From: an uncultured Planctomycetaceae bacterium
GTDB taxonomy: Bacteria; Planctomycetota; Planctomycetia; Isosphaerales; Isosphaeraceae
NCBI GenBank assembly: GCA_963833985.1
Contig: CAWIAD010000002.1
Location: 4,800,001 to 4,864,000 of the forward strand
DNA length: 64,000 nucleotides
Direction of reading: 5' to 3'
The notes beneath the pieces are model-generated. The model was given only the letters and a program-made list of their open reading frames with translations. It did no database searches and was not told where the DNA came from. Below are positions 41,802 through 54,842 of the stretch, in pieces. Position 1 is the first letter of the stretch. Each line of letters opens with the position of its first letter. The position numbers were made by a program, and so were the translations under genes.

Positions 41802-43025
41802 TCACAGGCGGAGGCACCCGCGGGCGAGAGTCCGCCTGGACCCCCGCTCCGACCCGGCAATTTGCACGTCCGGCAGGCATCCTGCCTTCCCGCAACCACA
41901 CAGGTAGCAAACGATGCGCTCGGCGGCACGGCCGTCGCCGTAGGGATTGCTTGCCGCAGCCATCCTGGCGTAGGCTTCGCGATCTTCGAGCAATTCGGCA
42001 ACAGCTTCACATATCTCTCTGGGTCGAGTACCGACCAGCCGGGCGGCGCCAGCTTCCACCCCCTCGGGCCGCTCGGACGTCTCCCGGAGCACCAAAACCG
42101 GCTTACCCAGGCTGGGTGCCTCCTCCTGGATGCCTCCGGAGTCGGTCAGAATCAGATGGCTTGCCGCCATCAGGTGGCAAAACACGCCATAGTCGAGCGG
42201 CTCGGTCAGGAAGATTCGCTCTCGATCCTCCAGCATGCTCGTGACGGCCGTACGGACCGCCGGGTTCGGGTGGACCGAGAAGACGACTGCCAGGTCATCG
42301 AATCGGTACGTCAGTTCGAGGATCGCGGCGCAAATGCTCTTGAGCCCCTCACCGAAATTCTCACGGCGGTGGCTCGTGACCAGCACGATGCGCTTGTACT
42401 CATCCAGGATCCTTGCGACTGCGGGAGCACGCTGGCGTATCTCTTGATTGCCATGCCGGTGCGACCGGTCGAGTACCAGCCGTAACGCATCGACTGCTGT
42501 GTTGCCCGAGACGACGATCCGCGATTGATCCATGCCCTCGCGCAGCAGGTTCGCGGACGCCCGCTCCGTCGGCGCGAAATGGTGGAGCGAGAGTGTATCG
42601 ATCAGACGCCTGTTGGTTTCTTCGGGAAACGGGCTGAGTGGATTGCCAGTCCGCAGGCCCGCCTCGACGTGGCCAACGGGAATTTGCCGGTAACACGCCG
42701 CGAGGCTGGCCGCCAGCGCAGTCGTCGTGTCACCGTGGACAAGCACCAGGTCGGGTGAGAATCTCGCGAGCAGCCGGTCAGTGCCCTCGATCAGGCGAGC
42801 CGTGAGCTCCGCCAGATCCTGTCCTGGCCGCATGGCATCCAGGTCGGCATCTGGCCTGATGTCGAAAAGATCAAGCACCTGGTCGAGCAACTCGCGATGC
42901 TGCGCGGTGACGAGAACCAGGGTCTCGAACGACGAATCTGAGGCAACCCGGCCACGCAACTCCCGAATGACCGGAGCCATCTTGATTGCTTCCGGTCGTG
43001 TACCGATGATCACCGCGATTCGCAT
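41802..43025 (-). CDS. wecB: UDP-N-acetylglucosamine 2-epimerase (non-hydrolysing), second copy
   Basis: GTRPEAIKMAP, HGDTTT, HVEAGLRT, PFPEETNR, HRRENFG, TDSGGIQEEAPSLGKP. Confidence 0.94.
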   Translation of the reverse strand: MRIAVIIGTRPEAIKMAPVIRELRGRVASDSSFETLVLVTAQHRELLDQVLDLFDIRPDADLDAMRPGQDLAELTARLIEGTDRLLARFSPDLVLVHGDTTTALAASLAACYRQIPVGHVEAGLRTGNPLSPFPEETNRRLIDTLSLHHFAPTERASANLLREGMDQSRIVVSGNTAVDALRLVLDRSHRHGNQEIRQRAPAVARILDEYKRIVLVTSHRRENFGEGLKSICAAILELTYRFDDLAVVFSVHPNPAVRTAVTSMLEDRERIFLTEPLDYGVFCHLMAASHLILTDSGGIQEEAPSLGKPVLVLRETSERPEGVEAGAARLVGTRPREICEAVAELLEDREAYARMAAASNPYGDGRAAERIVCYLCGCGKAGCLPDVQIAGSERGSRRTLARGCLRL

Positions 43026-43498
43026 CCTGCACCGAGTCGCTCAAAGCCCCGTTCAACCTCCATGGCCGTCTGGCCCGCCGCGCATGATAGCGAAATCGGC
43101 GGGTCCCGCAATCTCGTATTCCGGGGCCGAACATCCGCCAATTACCGGTTCCCAGCGCGGTATTCCAAGGTCAACGAAATCGAACTGAAATTGTGAGTGG
43201 GCCCGTGGCCAGCAGGCGGCCTACTCGGCGTCGAGCATCTACGAAGCTGTTCCTCCAACCTGTCCATAAGGCCGCGCATCATTGCAGGGCACGTGCCGGT
43301 ATGGCTTTGATGACAAAACACGTCATTCTCGACTCGCGATCGCAACAAAGGACAAGGCAGAGAAGTTTTTGTTCACCACTTTGCTCCTCTCTCTTGGACA
43401 TCGCCGGCAGTCGGGATTCAATGGACTCTGGCATGGATGCTTCTATGCTCGCCTGGATTTCGCGGATGCTGGCCTGGAACATTTCAGAAGCGGTTCTC

Positions 43499-46400
43499 AT
43501 GAGATCAATTCGACGCATCAATCTTATATTTCTCATTAGTTTTCTGGTACTCACAAGTGAAATTTGCACCGGGGTGTACTTGTTGCATGGCACGCAGGTT
43601 CGCCGCCATGCATCTGCGCTGATTGCCAAGGCACAAACCGCTCAGGCGGCTGGCAATATCACCCAGGCTGAAGCAGCCATCACGCGGTACCTGGCGATCC
43701 GTCCGGAGAACGGCCCCGCCTGGGCTCTCTATGCGAGTCTTTTGGACCAGGAGAATTCGCGGCCTTCCGGCCCGGACCTGGAGCAGACCTACCTGGTTTT
43801 CGGACAGGCGATTCGCTCAAATCCCGGCGATGGCACGCTGCTTCGGCGCGCCGCGTCGCTGGCGATGCAGCTGGAACGGTATGAGGATGCCCTGCGCCAC
43901 CTGAGCGCCTACCGCGAGGCTCTTGTCGAAAGTCTCGACAGGCAGGGCGAGGTGGCAGCCCTCGAGGAGCTTCAGGGGCAGTGCCACGCGGCTCTGGGGA
44001 ACAGCCAGCAAGCCGAACAGGATTTCCGGCAATCGCTTGCGCACGATCCAACCCGGGTGGCCGCATTCGATCGATTAGCGCGGCTGCTGCGACGGGATCG
44101 GGGGAGGCCAGGCCTCGCCGATCGTGAAATCGAGGCGATGGTGGCCACCAACCCCGGCTCTGCCCTCGCTCATGTACTGCGATATCGGTATCGCCGCGAG
44201 TTTGAGATCTCGGCCGACCCAGGCGACATCGAGCAGGCGGTGCAGCTTGCCCCCGACGACTCCGACGTGCTGATTGTCGCCACCCAGGTCGCCCTGGAAA
44301 CCGGTGATCGGGTCCAGGCGCGGAAGTTCGTCGAAGCGGGCCTTCTGAAGCAGCCCGCCAATCCTGCCTTTTACCAGCTTGCTGCGGCCATCGAGCAGGA
44401 AGAGAACCACCCCGATCGTGCCCGGAGCATCCTGAGCCAAGGCGTCTCCACCCTCCCCGGCGATCTCGGCCTGATCCTCGCACTTGCTGAAAGCCTGATC
44501 TCGCAGGGTAAATTGGACGGTCCGGACGGAGCCGCCTCCTGGATTGAGAAGCTTCAGTCGAGCGGCGTTGCCAGCGGCTGCACCTGTTACCTCGAAGGAC
44601 GGGTGGCCATGTCGCAACGAAAGTGGCTCGTGGCGATCAATCGGCTGGAGACTGCCCGTGCCTTGATGGCGACGGATCTCCGCGTAGTCCGACAGGTCAA
44701 TCTGCTGCTGGCGGACTGCTATCGCCAGGTACCCGGCCGCGGCCAGGAACGGATTGCCGTTCTGCAAAGCGCTGCAAGTGGCGATCACGAGTCCTGGCGG
44801 GTTGTCCCGGCCCTGGCAAGGGCGATGGAAGAGGAAGGCCGGCTCAACGAGGCGATCCGGCTCCACGTGCAGCTACTGGCCAGGCGGCCCGAGTCGCGGC
44901 TTGACGTCGTTCGTCTGCGGATCCGGCAGGCCATCCAGCAACCATCGCTGCGTCGGTCCTGGGCTGCTCTCGAAGCGGATCTCGCTGAGGCCGGGAAGGC
45001 GTTGCCTGAGGCGAGCGGCGAGCTGACCCTGCTCAGGGCCGAACTTTTGACGGCCCAGGGCCAGCGGCACCAGGCACGGGCATTGCTCGAAGCGGCGCGG
45101 CGGCGCGACACTCGAAAGCTTTCCTACCGGCTCGCGCTGGCTCGGGTGCTGCTGGGAGACGTTCAAGACGGGCCCGCCGGCGCAAGCCGCACTGAAGGTC
45201 ATCGACGAGGCCGAACACGACCTCGGGCACACGGCGTCGCTCTGCATCTGCAAGATCCAGGCTCTGGCTCGAATCGGCACCGCCGAGGCGAGGCAAGCCA
45301 TCGAACGGGTTCCCGGCATGCGCTCCTCGGTTCCGGAACCGGGAGATCAGATGATCGTACTGGACGCCGCCGCCAGAGCCTTGCTGGCTCTCGGCGACCC
45401 GGACCATGCCAGGTCGATGATATGCCAGCTCTCGAAGTTCGAGACCGACGATCTGCGCCAGCTGCTGACCGTCTTCGACCTGGCGACGGCCGCAGGCGAT
45501 GGCTCCACTGCCGCACTGGCCGTGGAGCGTCTTCGTTCCATCGAGGGAGAAAATGGATGCGTCTGGAAATACGCCGACGGTACGACGTATCTCCAGCGAG
45601 CACGTTCGGGCGACGCCCAGGCCCTGGACCGGGCCTCGGCGCGGGCCATCGAGCTCGAGGAGCGTCACCGCGAATGGTGGGGTACCGACCTGCTCCTGGG
45701 CCAGCTGGCCGAACAGCAGAACAAACCCGAGGAAGCAGTCGCCCACTACTTTCGAGTGCTCGAGCAATCCGGGGACGCGCCGTCCGTGGCGCAACGTCTG
45801 GTCGCCTTGCTCTTGCGCATGGAGCGTTACAACGACATCGACCGGCTTGTGCAGCAACTCAGAAGCCAGGGGCGGGACGTCAGCGAAATAGCCTTGATCA
45901 GGGCGGTGGCGGCAATTCGTCACAAGGATGCCGAAGGCGGGCTTGCCAGGGCCCGAGAGTTTCTCAGCGAGGCGAGCAACAACCCCACGGACCTGCTCTT
46001 GCTGGGACGACTTTACGTGCTCGCCGGAAAGCTGAAAGAGGCCGACCGACCGCTCAGGCGGGCGCTCGAACTGGCCCCGGGAAGCTCGGATGCCTGGCTC
46101 TCGTACATTCAGTTACTGGCATTGACGGACCGCAGGGATCTGGCCGCCAGGCTGGCCGACCAGGCGGGCAAGCGACTCGCACCCGACCTCGGCCTCCTGG
46201 TCACTGCGCGGCGCAAGAGCTTCTTGGCGACCCGGCGGGTGCCGGCAAGGCCTACATGAAAGCCCTCGCACTGGCGCCCGATAGTCCGAAGGTGCTCTGC
46301 CAGGCCGCCGAGTTCTTCGCAAAGTACTATCAGAACGACAAGGCCATTCCGATCCTTGAAGGGCTTGTCGACACGAAACAGGCCGCGTCTCATGTACTCC

Positions 46401-47707
46401 GCTCCTGGGCCCGACGAACACTGGCCAGTTGCCTGATGAGTACACGCGATCCAGCAGCACGAGCCAGGGCGTTCGAGCTTCTGGAAACCAACCGCCGCGA
46501 GCAGCCGGACTCGCTCGAGGACCTGCGTGCCCAGGCGATCTTCAGCACCATGGATCCGCACAAGGGCTCGGAATCGGTCCGCCTGTTCCTTGATCTGGAG
46601 GCCCGCCGCGGGCTGGACCCGCGCGAGCAACTCTTGCTGGTGGAACAGCTCGAGAAGATGGGGCGGCGGGAACAGGCCGAACTCCGGATGGCGAGGCTGG
46701 TGGCCTCGAACGAGAGCGATCCCGCAATGTTGTGCCCATATGCCGAGTCGCTGATCATCGGCCGCCGTCTGGTTGATGCATCGAGATGGCTAAATGCTCT
46801 GGAGAGACGTGATCCGCAGGCGTTGCATACGATCATTCTCAAAGCGCATCTGGCGCTGGCGGAGGGTGACAGGACCACAGCACTGGAGATGCTGAAAACC
46901 CACGCTGCCAGCCACGAAGGGCCCGCCAGGCTCTCGATTGCCGGTGAACTGGAGGCGGCCGGGGACGTCGTAGCCGCCGAGGAAATGTACCGCCGGCATG
47001 CGGCCGCAGGATCCACCGTGAACGACTCGCTGCCGCTGGCGCGATTGCTGGCGCGACAGGGGCGAACCCGTGAGTCGCTGGCTCTTTGTGAGCCGGCATG
47101 GTCGCGCCCGGCAGATGCGGACGCGGCCGCCAGTATCTGCCTGATGGCGATGGAGCGCGGGAAACCGGGCCCTGAAGACTTCCGGAACGTCGAGGTGCAT
47201 CTGGAATCGGCTCGCCAAAGCGCTCGCGAAAACACGAAGCTGCTCCTCTCCCTGAGCAGACTGAGGAAGCTTCAGCACCGCTGGGACGAGGCCGTATCGC
47301 TCTTACGGCAGGCGACGGACAGAGATCCGCGTAACGTGGTCGCCCTCAATGAGCTCGCATGGATCCTCTCCCAGCATCGCGGCAATCCTTCCGAGGGCAT
47401 GCAGATCATCCAGCAAGCCATCGCGGTGGCCGGACCCGACTCCGTCTTGCTGGACACCCGCGGTGTGCTGGCGATGGAGTTGAACCAGACCGGTCAGGCG
47501 ATCGCCGACTTCAAGACGGCTGACACGATCCAGAGACGCCCGGTGCTGCTGCTGCACCTCGCGCAGGCTTACCAGCGTGCCAGCGACCGGCAGGCCAGCC
47601 TGCAATACCTTGAGCAAGCGAAGGCCCTGGGGCTCGACTCCACCTACCTGGATCCTGCCGAGAGACAGGCGATCGAGCGTCTCGAACGCCAGCTGGAGGT
47701 GCACTGA
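43499..47707 (+). CDS. Large membrane-anchored TPR protein; two compensating frameshifts (~45155, ~46208)
   Basis: MRSIRRINLIFL.. TM anchor, helical TPR-like sequence, C-terminal LNELAW...LLDTRG; the centre of the long ORF is Arg/Gly/Pro-rich junk while the overlapping frame (45318..46259) is TPR-like. Confidence 0.8.
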   Translation: MRSIRRINLIFLISFLVLTSEICTGVYLLHGTQVRRHASALIAKAQTAQAAGNITQAEAAITRYLAIRPENGPAWALYASLLDQENSRPSGPDLEQTYLVFGQAIRSNPGDGTLLRRAASLAMQLERYEDALRHLSAYREALVESLDRQGEVAALEELQGQCHAALGNSQQAEQDFRQSLAHDPTRVAAFDRLARLLRRDRGRPGLADREIEAMVATNPGSALAHVLRYRYRREFEISADPGDIEQAVQLAPDDSDVLIVATQVALETGDRVQARKFVEAGLLKQPANPAFYQLAAAIEQEENHPDRARSILSQGVSTLPGDLGLILALAESLISQGKLDGPDGAASWIEKLQSSGVASGCTCYLEGRVAMSQRKWLVAINRLETARALMATDLRVVRQVNLLLADCYRQVPGRGQERIAVLQSAASGDHESWRVVPALARAMEEEGRLNEAIRLHVQLLARRPESRLDVVRLRIRQAIQQPSLRRSWAALEADLAEAGKALPEASGELTLLRAELLTAQGQRHQARALLEAARRRDTRKLSYRLALARVLLGDVQDGPAGASRTEGHRRGRTRPRAHGVALHLQDPGSGSNRHRRGEASHRTGSRHALLGSGTGRSDDRTGRRRQSLAGSRRPGPCQVDDMPALEVRDRRSAPAADRLRPGDGRRRWLHCRTGRGASSFHRGRKWMRLEIRRRYDVSPASTFGRRPGPGPGLGAGHRARGASPRMVGYRPAPGPAGRTAEQTRGSSRPLLSSARAIRGRAVRGATSGRLALAHGALQRHRPACAATQKPGAGRQRNSLDQGGGGNSSQGCRRRACQGPRVSQRGEQQPHGPALAGTTLRARRKAERGRPTAQAGARTGPGKLGCLALVHSVTGIDGPQGSGRQAGRPGGQATRTRPRPPGHCAAQELLGDPAGAGKAYMKALALAPDSPKVLCQAAEFFAKYYQNDKAIPILEGLVDTKQAASHVLRSWARRTLASCLMSTRDPAARARAFELLETNRREQPDSLEDLRAQAIFSTMDPHKGSESVRLFLDLEARRGLDPREQLLLVEQLEKMGRREQAELRMARLVASNESDPAMLCPYAESLIIGRRLVDASRWLNALERRDPQALHTIILKAHLALAEGDRTTALEMLKTHAASHEGPARLSIAGELEAAGDVVAAEEMYRRHAAAGSTVNDSLPLARLLARQGRTRESLALCEPAWSRPADADAAASICLMAMERGKPGPEDFRNVEVHLESARQSARENTKLLLSLSRLRKLQHRWDEAVSLLRQATDRDPRNVVALNELAWILSQHRGNPSEGMQIIQQAIAVAGPDSVLLDTRGVLAMELNQTGQAIADFKTADTIQRRPVLLLHLAQAYQRASDRQASLQYLEQAKALGLDSTYLDPAERQAIERLERQLEVH

Positions 47708-48092
47708 CGAGACGGCCTCGCAAGCCAACGTGTCGTCAGAGGGAGTTTCCAGGCTGCGGGTCGGTCTCACGGCGAGTGTCCTCCCGATCCTTGCCCGAGA
47801 GCTGCATTCCTTGACCCCGGAGGTGTCGACCGCGACGTTGCATTCAGTCCGAAGGTGTCTACGGAAAGGCGGGTGGTCCGTCTTCATTACGGACTGGTTA
47901 CGGGACACGCGGGCCGTGATCCGGCCACGACTGTTGCCGATTTCCAGCGGCTGTCACCTGGCCCGCGATTGAACCAGTCGGTTCCTGGTCGAGCCTTGGC
48001 GTTCGCTCTTTGAGCCCAACATCCAACAACGCTCGACACCACGAACCGGTCACGCTCATTCTTCTAGATCCTGTCACGGGGACTCTCCGATC

Positions 48093-48866
48093 ATGATCCT
48101 GTCGAAGCCGATCATCCTGGCCGGGCTCGCCTCTGCCGCGATGATGCTCTGCACCGCCTCCACCAGGGCGGACAGCTACAGCTATGCCGAGACCAACGTC
48201 GGTGGAGCGGCCAATTACGTCGACATCAGTGCCAACGTGAACGGGTCGACGCTGAACGGCCTCTACTACGACCAGTACGCTACGACCCTGGCCACCTCGG
48301 CCAGTGGTGCCAATTCAGCGACCTTCCGGTCCTTCTGCGTGGATATGTTCCACGAAGTATCGACGTCCTTCAGCTCCCTCGCCAGCAGCCCCCTGCCTCT
48401 GGCGAGCTCGTTTGGAGGCACCACGGGCACAACCGCGCCGGCAGGGATCAACCCGGCCGCACTCGGAGCGGCCGCTTGGATCATCAACACCTTCGGACAA
48501 GGAACGATCACCGACGCTCAGTGGGCCGGTATCCAGATCGCAAGCTGGAAGGCGGAGTTCGAGACCAACATGGCCGACCGCACCAACCTGGGCGCCGGAA
48601 ATGTCCGGTTCTCGGGGGGTTCAAGCTCGGCGTCCCTGACCTACGCGGCGCAGTATCTGGCCGCCTGGGCCAGTGCCGGCTATGCTTCCAGCAGCGCGCT
48701 TTTGGTAAACTACGCAAGCAATTCCCAGGGCGCTCATTACCAGTACCAGCTCATCGCCGTCCCCGAGCCATCCAGCCTGGCCATCGCGGGCCTTGGCGGG
48801 CTTGGCCTCGTGGGCTATGGTCTACGCCGACGCCGGATCAGCCGCGTCCCGAGCGAAACCGCCTGA
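48093..48866 (+). CDS. PEP-CTERM sorting-domain protein
   Basis: Signal peptide ending ASTRA; C-terminal VPEPSSLAIAGLGGLGLVGYGLRRRR; no internal TM. Confidence 0.93.
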   Translation: MILSKPIILAGLASAAMMLCTASTRADSYSYAETNVGGAANYVDISANVNGSTLNGLYYDQYATTLATSASGANSATFRSFCVDMFHEVSTSFSSLASSPLPLASSFGGTTGTTAPAGINPAALGAAAWIINTFGQGTITDAQWAGIQIASWKAEFETNMADRTNLGAGNVRFSGGSSSASLTYAAQYLAAWASAGYASSSALLVNYASNSQGAHYQYQLIAVPEPSSLAIAGLGGLGLVGYGLRRRRISRVPSETA

Positions 48867-48898
48867 GTTTTCGCTGCCCCGTTGTGGCAAGGTAACGC

Positions 48899-48929
48899 GG
48901 AGAGAGGGTCGCTTGAGAACCCTCTCTCC
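48899..48929 (+). terminator. Stem-loop downstream of the PEP-CTERM gene (terminator or mRNA-stabilising hairpin)
   Basis: GGAGAGAGGGT / ACCCTCTCTCC perfect 11-bp stem, 9-nt loop; no U-tract. Confidence 0.5.
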
Positions 48930-49137
48930 ACGCCGCACCTCCGATCGTGAGAATTGGCTGCGAAACTGAAGAGCAGCGAGCTACCTCCTTGTCCCGATCC
49001 TGAGAGCGGCCGTCTCGCTTCGTCCCGCCCGCGCGATCCGGGACGGCGAGCCGTTCCCATCGAAGAGGATAGACGACCAGATGACCCACATCGCCGGATT
49101 GTGGCGCACGCATCCAGGAACTTCGCGGGAAGGCCAA

Positions 49138-51096
49138 ATGTCCACGCGGAAAAAGCTGGCTTTTGCCCTGACGACCGTCACCGGCTTGCTGCTGACGCTG
49201 GAAATGGTACTGAGAGCCTGCGGGGTACCCTCAGCATCGCAGCGGAGAGATCCCTTCGCGGGGTTCACTCCGCAAGTGCCTCATTTCCAGGTCGGAACAG
49301 ACGACGGCGGTAACGAGGCCGTCACAGTTGCACCGAACCGCCGCGAGACGATGAATGCTCAGCATTTCCCCAGACACAAGGCACCGGGCACCTACCGGAT
49401 CGTCTGCCTGGGAGGCTCGGCGATCTATGGCCGCCCATTCTTCGATCACACGTCCCTGGCCGGCTGGCTCCGCGTGCTCTTGCCCAGGGCTGATCCATCA
49501 CGAAAGTGGGAGGTGATCAACGCCGGTGCAATCAGCTACGCCAGCTATCGCATCAAGGGGCTCATGGCCGAGCTCTCCCAGTACGAACCGGATCTGTTCA
49601 TCGTCTATACCGGCGAGAACGAATTCCTGGAACGGCGAACCTACGCAGGTGTATTTCAAACCCCAGGGCTGATCAGAACCGCGGCCGGTCTGGCAAGCGA
49701 TTTCCGTATCACCACCGTGATGAAGTACGGGCTGGAGCTGGTCGGGCTCACCAGGGAGAGCCCGATCACTTCGGCCTCGGGAATCCGGGATGAGGTCGTG
49801 CGGATCCCGGTTGGCACGGTCGGCCCCGACGCCTACACGCGCGATGAAGCCTTTCGCCGCCAGGTCTTGATGCACTTCGAGCACAGCCTCAACGCAATGG
49901 TGGACCTGGCACAGGCGGTCCATGCCAGGCTGATGCTGGTCACACCCTTGTCGAACTTGCGTGATTTCGCGCCGTTCAGAAGCGCGCACATCGTCGGGTT
50001 GTCCGACACCCAGCAGCAGGAATGGCAAGGGGCCTACGAACATGGCCGGTCCTTCTTGCGAGCAGGCCGCGTCGACGAAGCCGTCCAGTGGTTCACTCGG
50101 GCGCGGGCGATCGACGGCCGGCACGCGGATCTTCTGTATCGTACGGGCCAGGCTCTGCTGGCCGCAGGCGACATCGCTGCGGCCCGGGAGTGCCTGGTCA
50201 GAGCCCGCGAAGAAGACATCTGCCCGCTCCGCGCCACGTCCGACACGTTGCGAATCATACGCAGGGTCGCCAGCCGGCGGGGAGTTCCGCTGCTCGATTT
50301 TGAGCAGCAGGCAGGCTTGCGTGCCAGACACAGAATCCCCGGCGACGAGCTCCTTTGCGATCACGTTCACTTGCAGCTTGCGGCCACGAAGTTGCTGGCC
50401 CTTGATGTACTGGCCGGGCTCGTGGAGGAAAGGATCGCCACTCCGGCGGTCCTCTGGGGACCAGCGGCTGTCGAGCAAGCAAGCAGGGAAATCGAGGCCG
50501 GCATCGACGGCCCACGGTATGCCCGCGAGCTCTATCAACTCTCTCGCCTTCTCGATGCCCTCGGCCAGCCGGAGCAGGCCTTGAAGCGCGTCGAGGAGGG
50601 CCTCCACCTGAGCAAGGGCGACGCGGACGGCTTCTGCCTTGCGGGGCGTTACACGCGCAAGCTCGGAAACCATGACGCGTCTGCAAACTTCTACGCGAAA
50701 GCCCTGGCCATCCAGCCCGGAGCCGCCCCGGCACTGGAAGGGCTGGCCAGCCTGTTCCTCGATGAAGGCAAGCCGGCGGCTGCGATCGGCCTTCTCTCGG
50801 AAGCCGTCCGATCTGCACCCGATACCCCGTCGCTTCTGAACCTGCTCGGTGTGGCCCATGCGCGGGTGGGCCATCACGAGCAAGCCGTTGCCTTGCTGAG
50901 CCGGGCTTCTCTCCTCCTTCCCCGCGAGCCGGCCATCCACCGGAACCTCGCGCTTGCCCAGGAGCATCAGGGCAGGTATTCTGACGCCGCGCTGCATTAC
51001 CGCGAGGCTCTCCGGCTGCAACCCTCCGACCAGCAGGCAAGCAAGGCTCTCGATCGCATCGCGGCAACAACAGCCTCACGCAAGGCGGGACGGTAA
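49138..51096 (+). CDS. Membrane-anchored SGNH-like hydrolase with TPR repeats
   Basis: N-terminal TM; RIVCLGGSAIYG, EVINAG, YTGENEFLE, CDHVH; TPRs internally and at C-terminus; ATG 49138 preferred over 49081. Confidence 0.82.
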   Translation: MSTRKKLAFALTTVTGLLLTLEMVLRACGVPSASQRRDPFAGFTPQVPHFQVGTDDGGNEAVTVAPNRRETMNAQHFPRHKAPGTYRIVCLGGSAIYGRPFFDHTSLAGWLRVLLPRADPSRKWEVINAGAISYASYRIKGLMAELSQYEPDLFIVYTGENEFLERRTYAGVFQTPGLIRTAAGLASDFRITTVMKYGLELVGLTRESPITSASGIRDEVVRIPVGTVGPDAYTRDEAFRRQVLMHFEHSLNAMVDLAQAVHARLMLVTPLSNLRDFAPFRSAHIVGLSDTQQQEWQGAYEHGRSFLRAGRVDEAVQWFTRARAIDGRHADLLYRTGQALLAAGDIAAARECLVRAREEDICPLRATSDTLRIIRRVASRRGVPLLDFEQQAGLRARHRIPGDELLCDHVHLQLAATKLLALDVLAGLVEERIATPAVLWGPAAVEQASREIEAGIDGPRYARELYQLSRLLDALGQPEQALKRVEEGLHLSKGDADGFCLAGRYTRKLGNHDASANFYAKALAIQPGAAPALEGLASLFLDEGKPAAAIGLLSEAVRSAPDTPSLLNLLGVAHARVGHHEQAVALLSRASLLLPREPAIHRNLALAQEHQGRYSDAALHYREALRLQPSDQQASKALDRIAATTASRKAGR

Positions 51097-51126
51097 GCTG
51101 CACCGGCTCTGCCAGCACTGCGCATG

Positions 51127-51167
51127 AAAAAACCGGCTCCTGTCCCGATAAGGGCCAAGGAGCCGGT
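51127..51167 (-). terminator. Rho-independent terminator of the rRNA operon
   Basis: ACCGGCTCCT / AGGAGCCGGT inverted repeat followed on the minus strand by T6, just 3' of 5S. Confidence 0.85.
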
Positions 51168-51178
51168 CATGGATGAGA

Positions 51179-51287
51179 TTCCGGCGATCACCGACTTTCG
51201 CGCCTGAGCACTATCATGGGCCCGGCGGGCTTAACGGCCGTGTTCGGAATGGGAACGGGTGTGACCCCGCCGGTATGGTCGCCGGAA
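51179..51287 (-). rRNA. rrf: 5S ribosomal RNA
   Basis: Minus strand CCCGTTCCCATTCCGAACACGGCCGTTAAG conserved core; terminal helix TTCCGGCGA/TCGCCGGAA; ~109 nt. Confidence 0.95.
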
Positions 51288-51524
51288 AACCGGCCGGCGC
51301 GCATTTCTGCGCGACGACCGCTTTGCGGATGGTCGGTCACACGCGGGTTTCAGGATGCACGCACACCGGGTGAGGGGCACGTTCGGGGAACAGGGACTGG
51401 TGGTGGGTTCGCGGCCCGGGTGGGGCACGCGCCGTCACCAGTCCGATGGGACCTGACCCTTGTTCGGATCGAGTCCGGTGAGTCCACTCCGCGGCGTTCC
51501 CGGGATGGGGGGCCGATCGGGGTG

Positions 51525-54323
<2,799 letters not shown>

Positions 54324-54716
54324 ACGCCGATCGGACCTCCGGCTTCCGGAGAAGACGCAGGCCGACAGCGGGCTCACTCGGGTCCGGACCGTGCGGCCGC
54401 GGCGTCTCGCGACGCGACGGCCGGTGCCAGACCCATCGATTCGATCCGTAAGGGTTCGTTATCTTCTTCAGAGCCCCGACCGACGCGGATGGTTGGACTG
54501 ACGTCGCCCCTTCCCACCGGCCAGAGCCGTGAAACTGTTCGTTGGAGAGTGCCACTCACCCTCGCGTCTCGCCGGCACGGCCAAAGCCTGCCGCCGATCA
54601 CGCGGGTGTGTGTGAATTCCACCAGGTCCATGTAGGAACACAAGGCACGCAGCGACAAGATCGGAATCTTGCCCCACGCGCGGACCTGGCTGATTCGTGT
54701 GTGACCAACCACCGAA

Positions 54717-54729
54717 TTGTCAAGGAACA
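54717..54729 (-). promoter_or_regulatory. Spacer boxA-like antitermination element
   Basis: Minus strand TGTTCCTTGACAA, preceded by a small GCGGAGCAATCCGC hairpin; resembles the leader element at 57364-57376. Confidence 0.7.
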
Positions 54730-54842
54730 CGCGGCGGATTGCTCCGCCACTCCCGGCCAAGCTGCTGGCCAGGGGGCGAGGCCCTGCGACAAGGGCACCG
54801 CCCCGCGCCCAGAGGCGAGGGGAAAGAAATCTCGGTTGATTG

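Noticed and set aside
47955..47975. Sigma54 promoter before the PEP-CTERM gene (TGGCCCGCGATTGAA)
   Set aside because: Spacing and -12 element do not fit the GG-N10-GC consensus.
49498..51021. 507-aa minus-strand ORF
   Set aside because: Antisense shadow of the SGNH-TPR gene.
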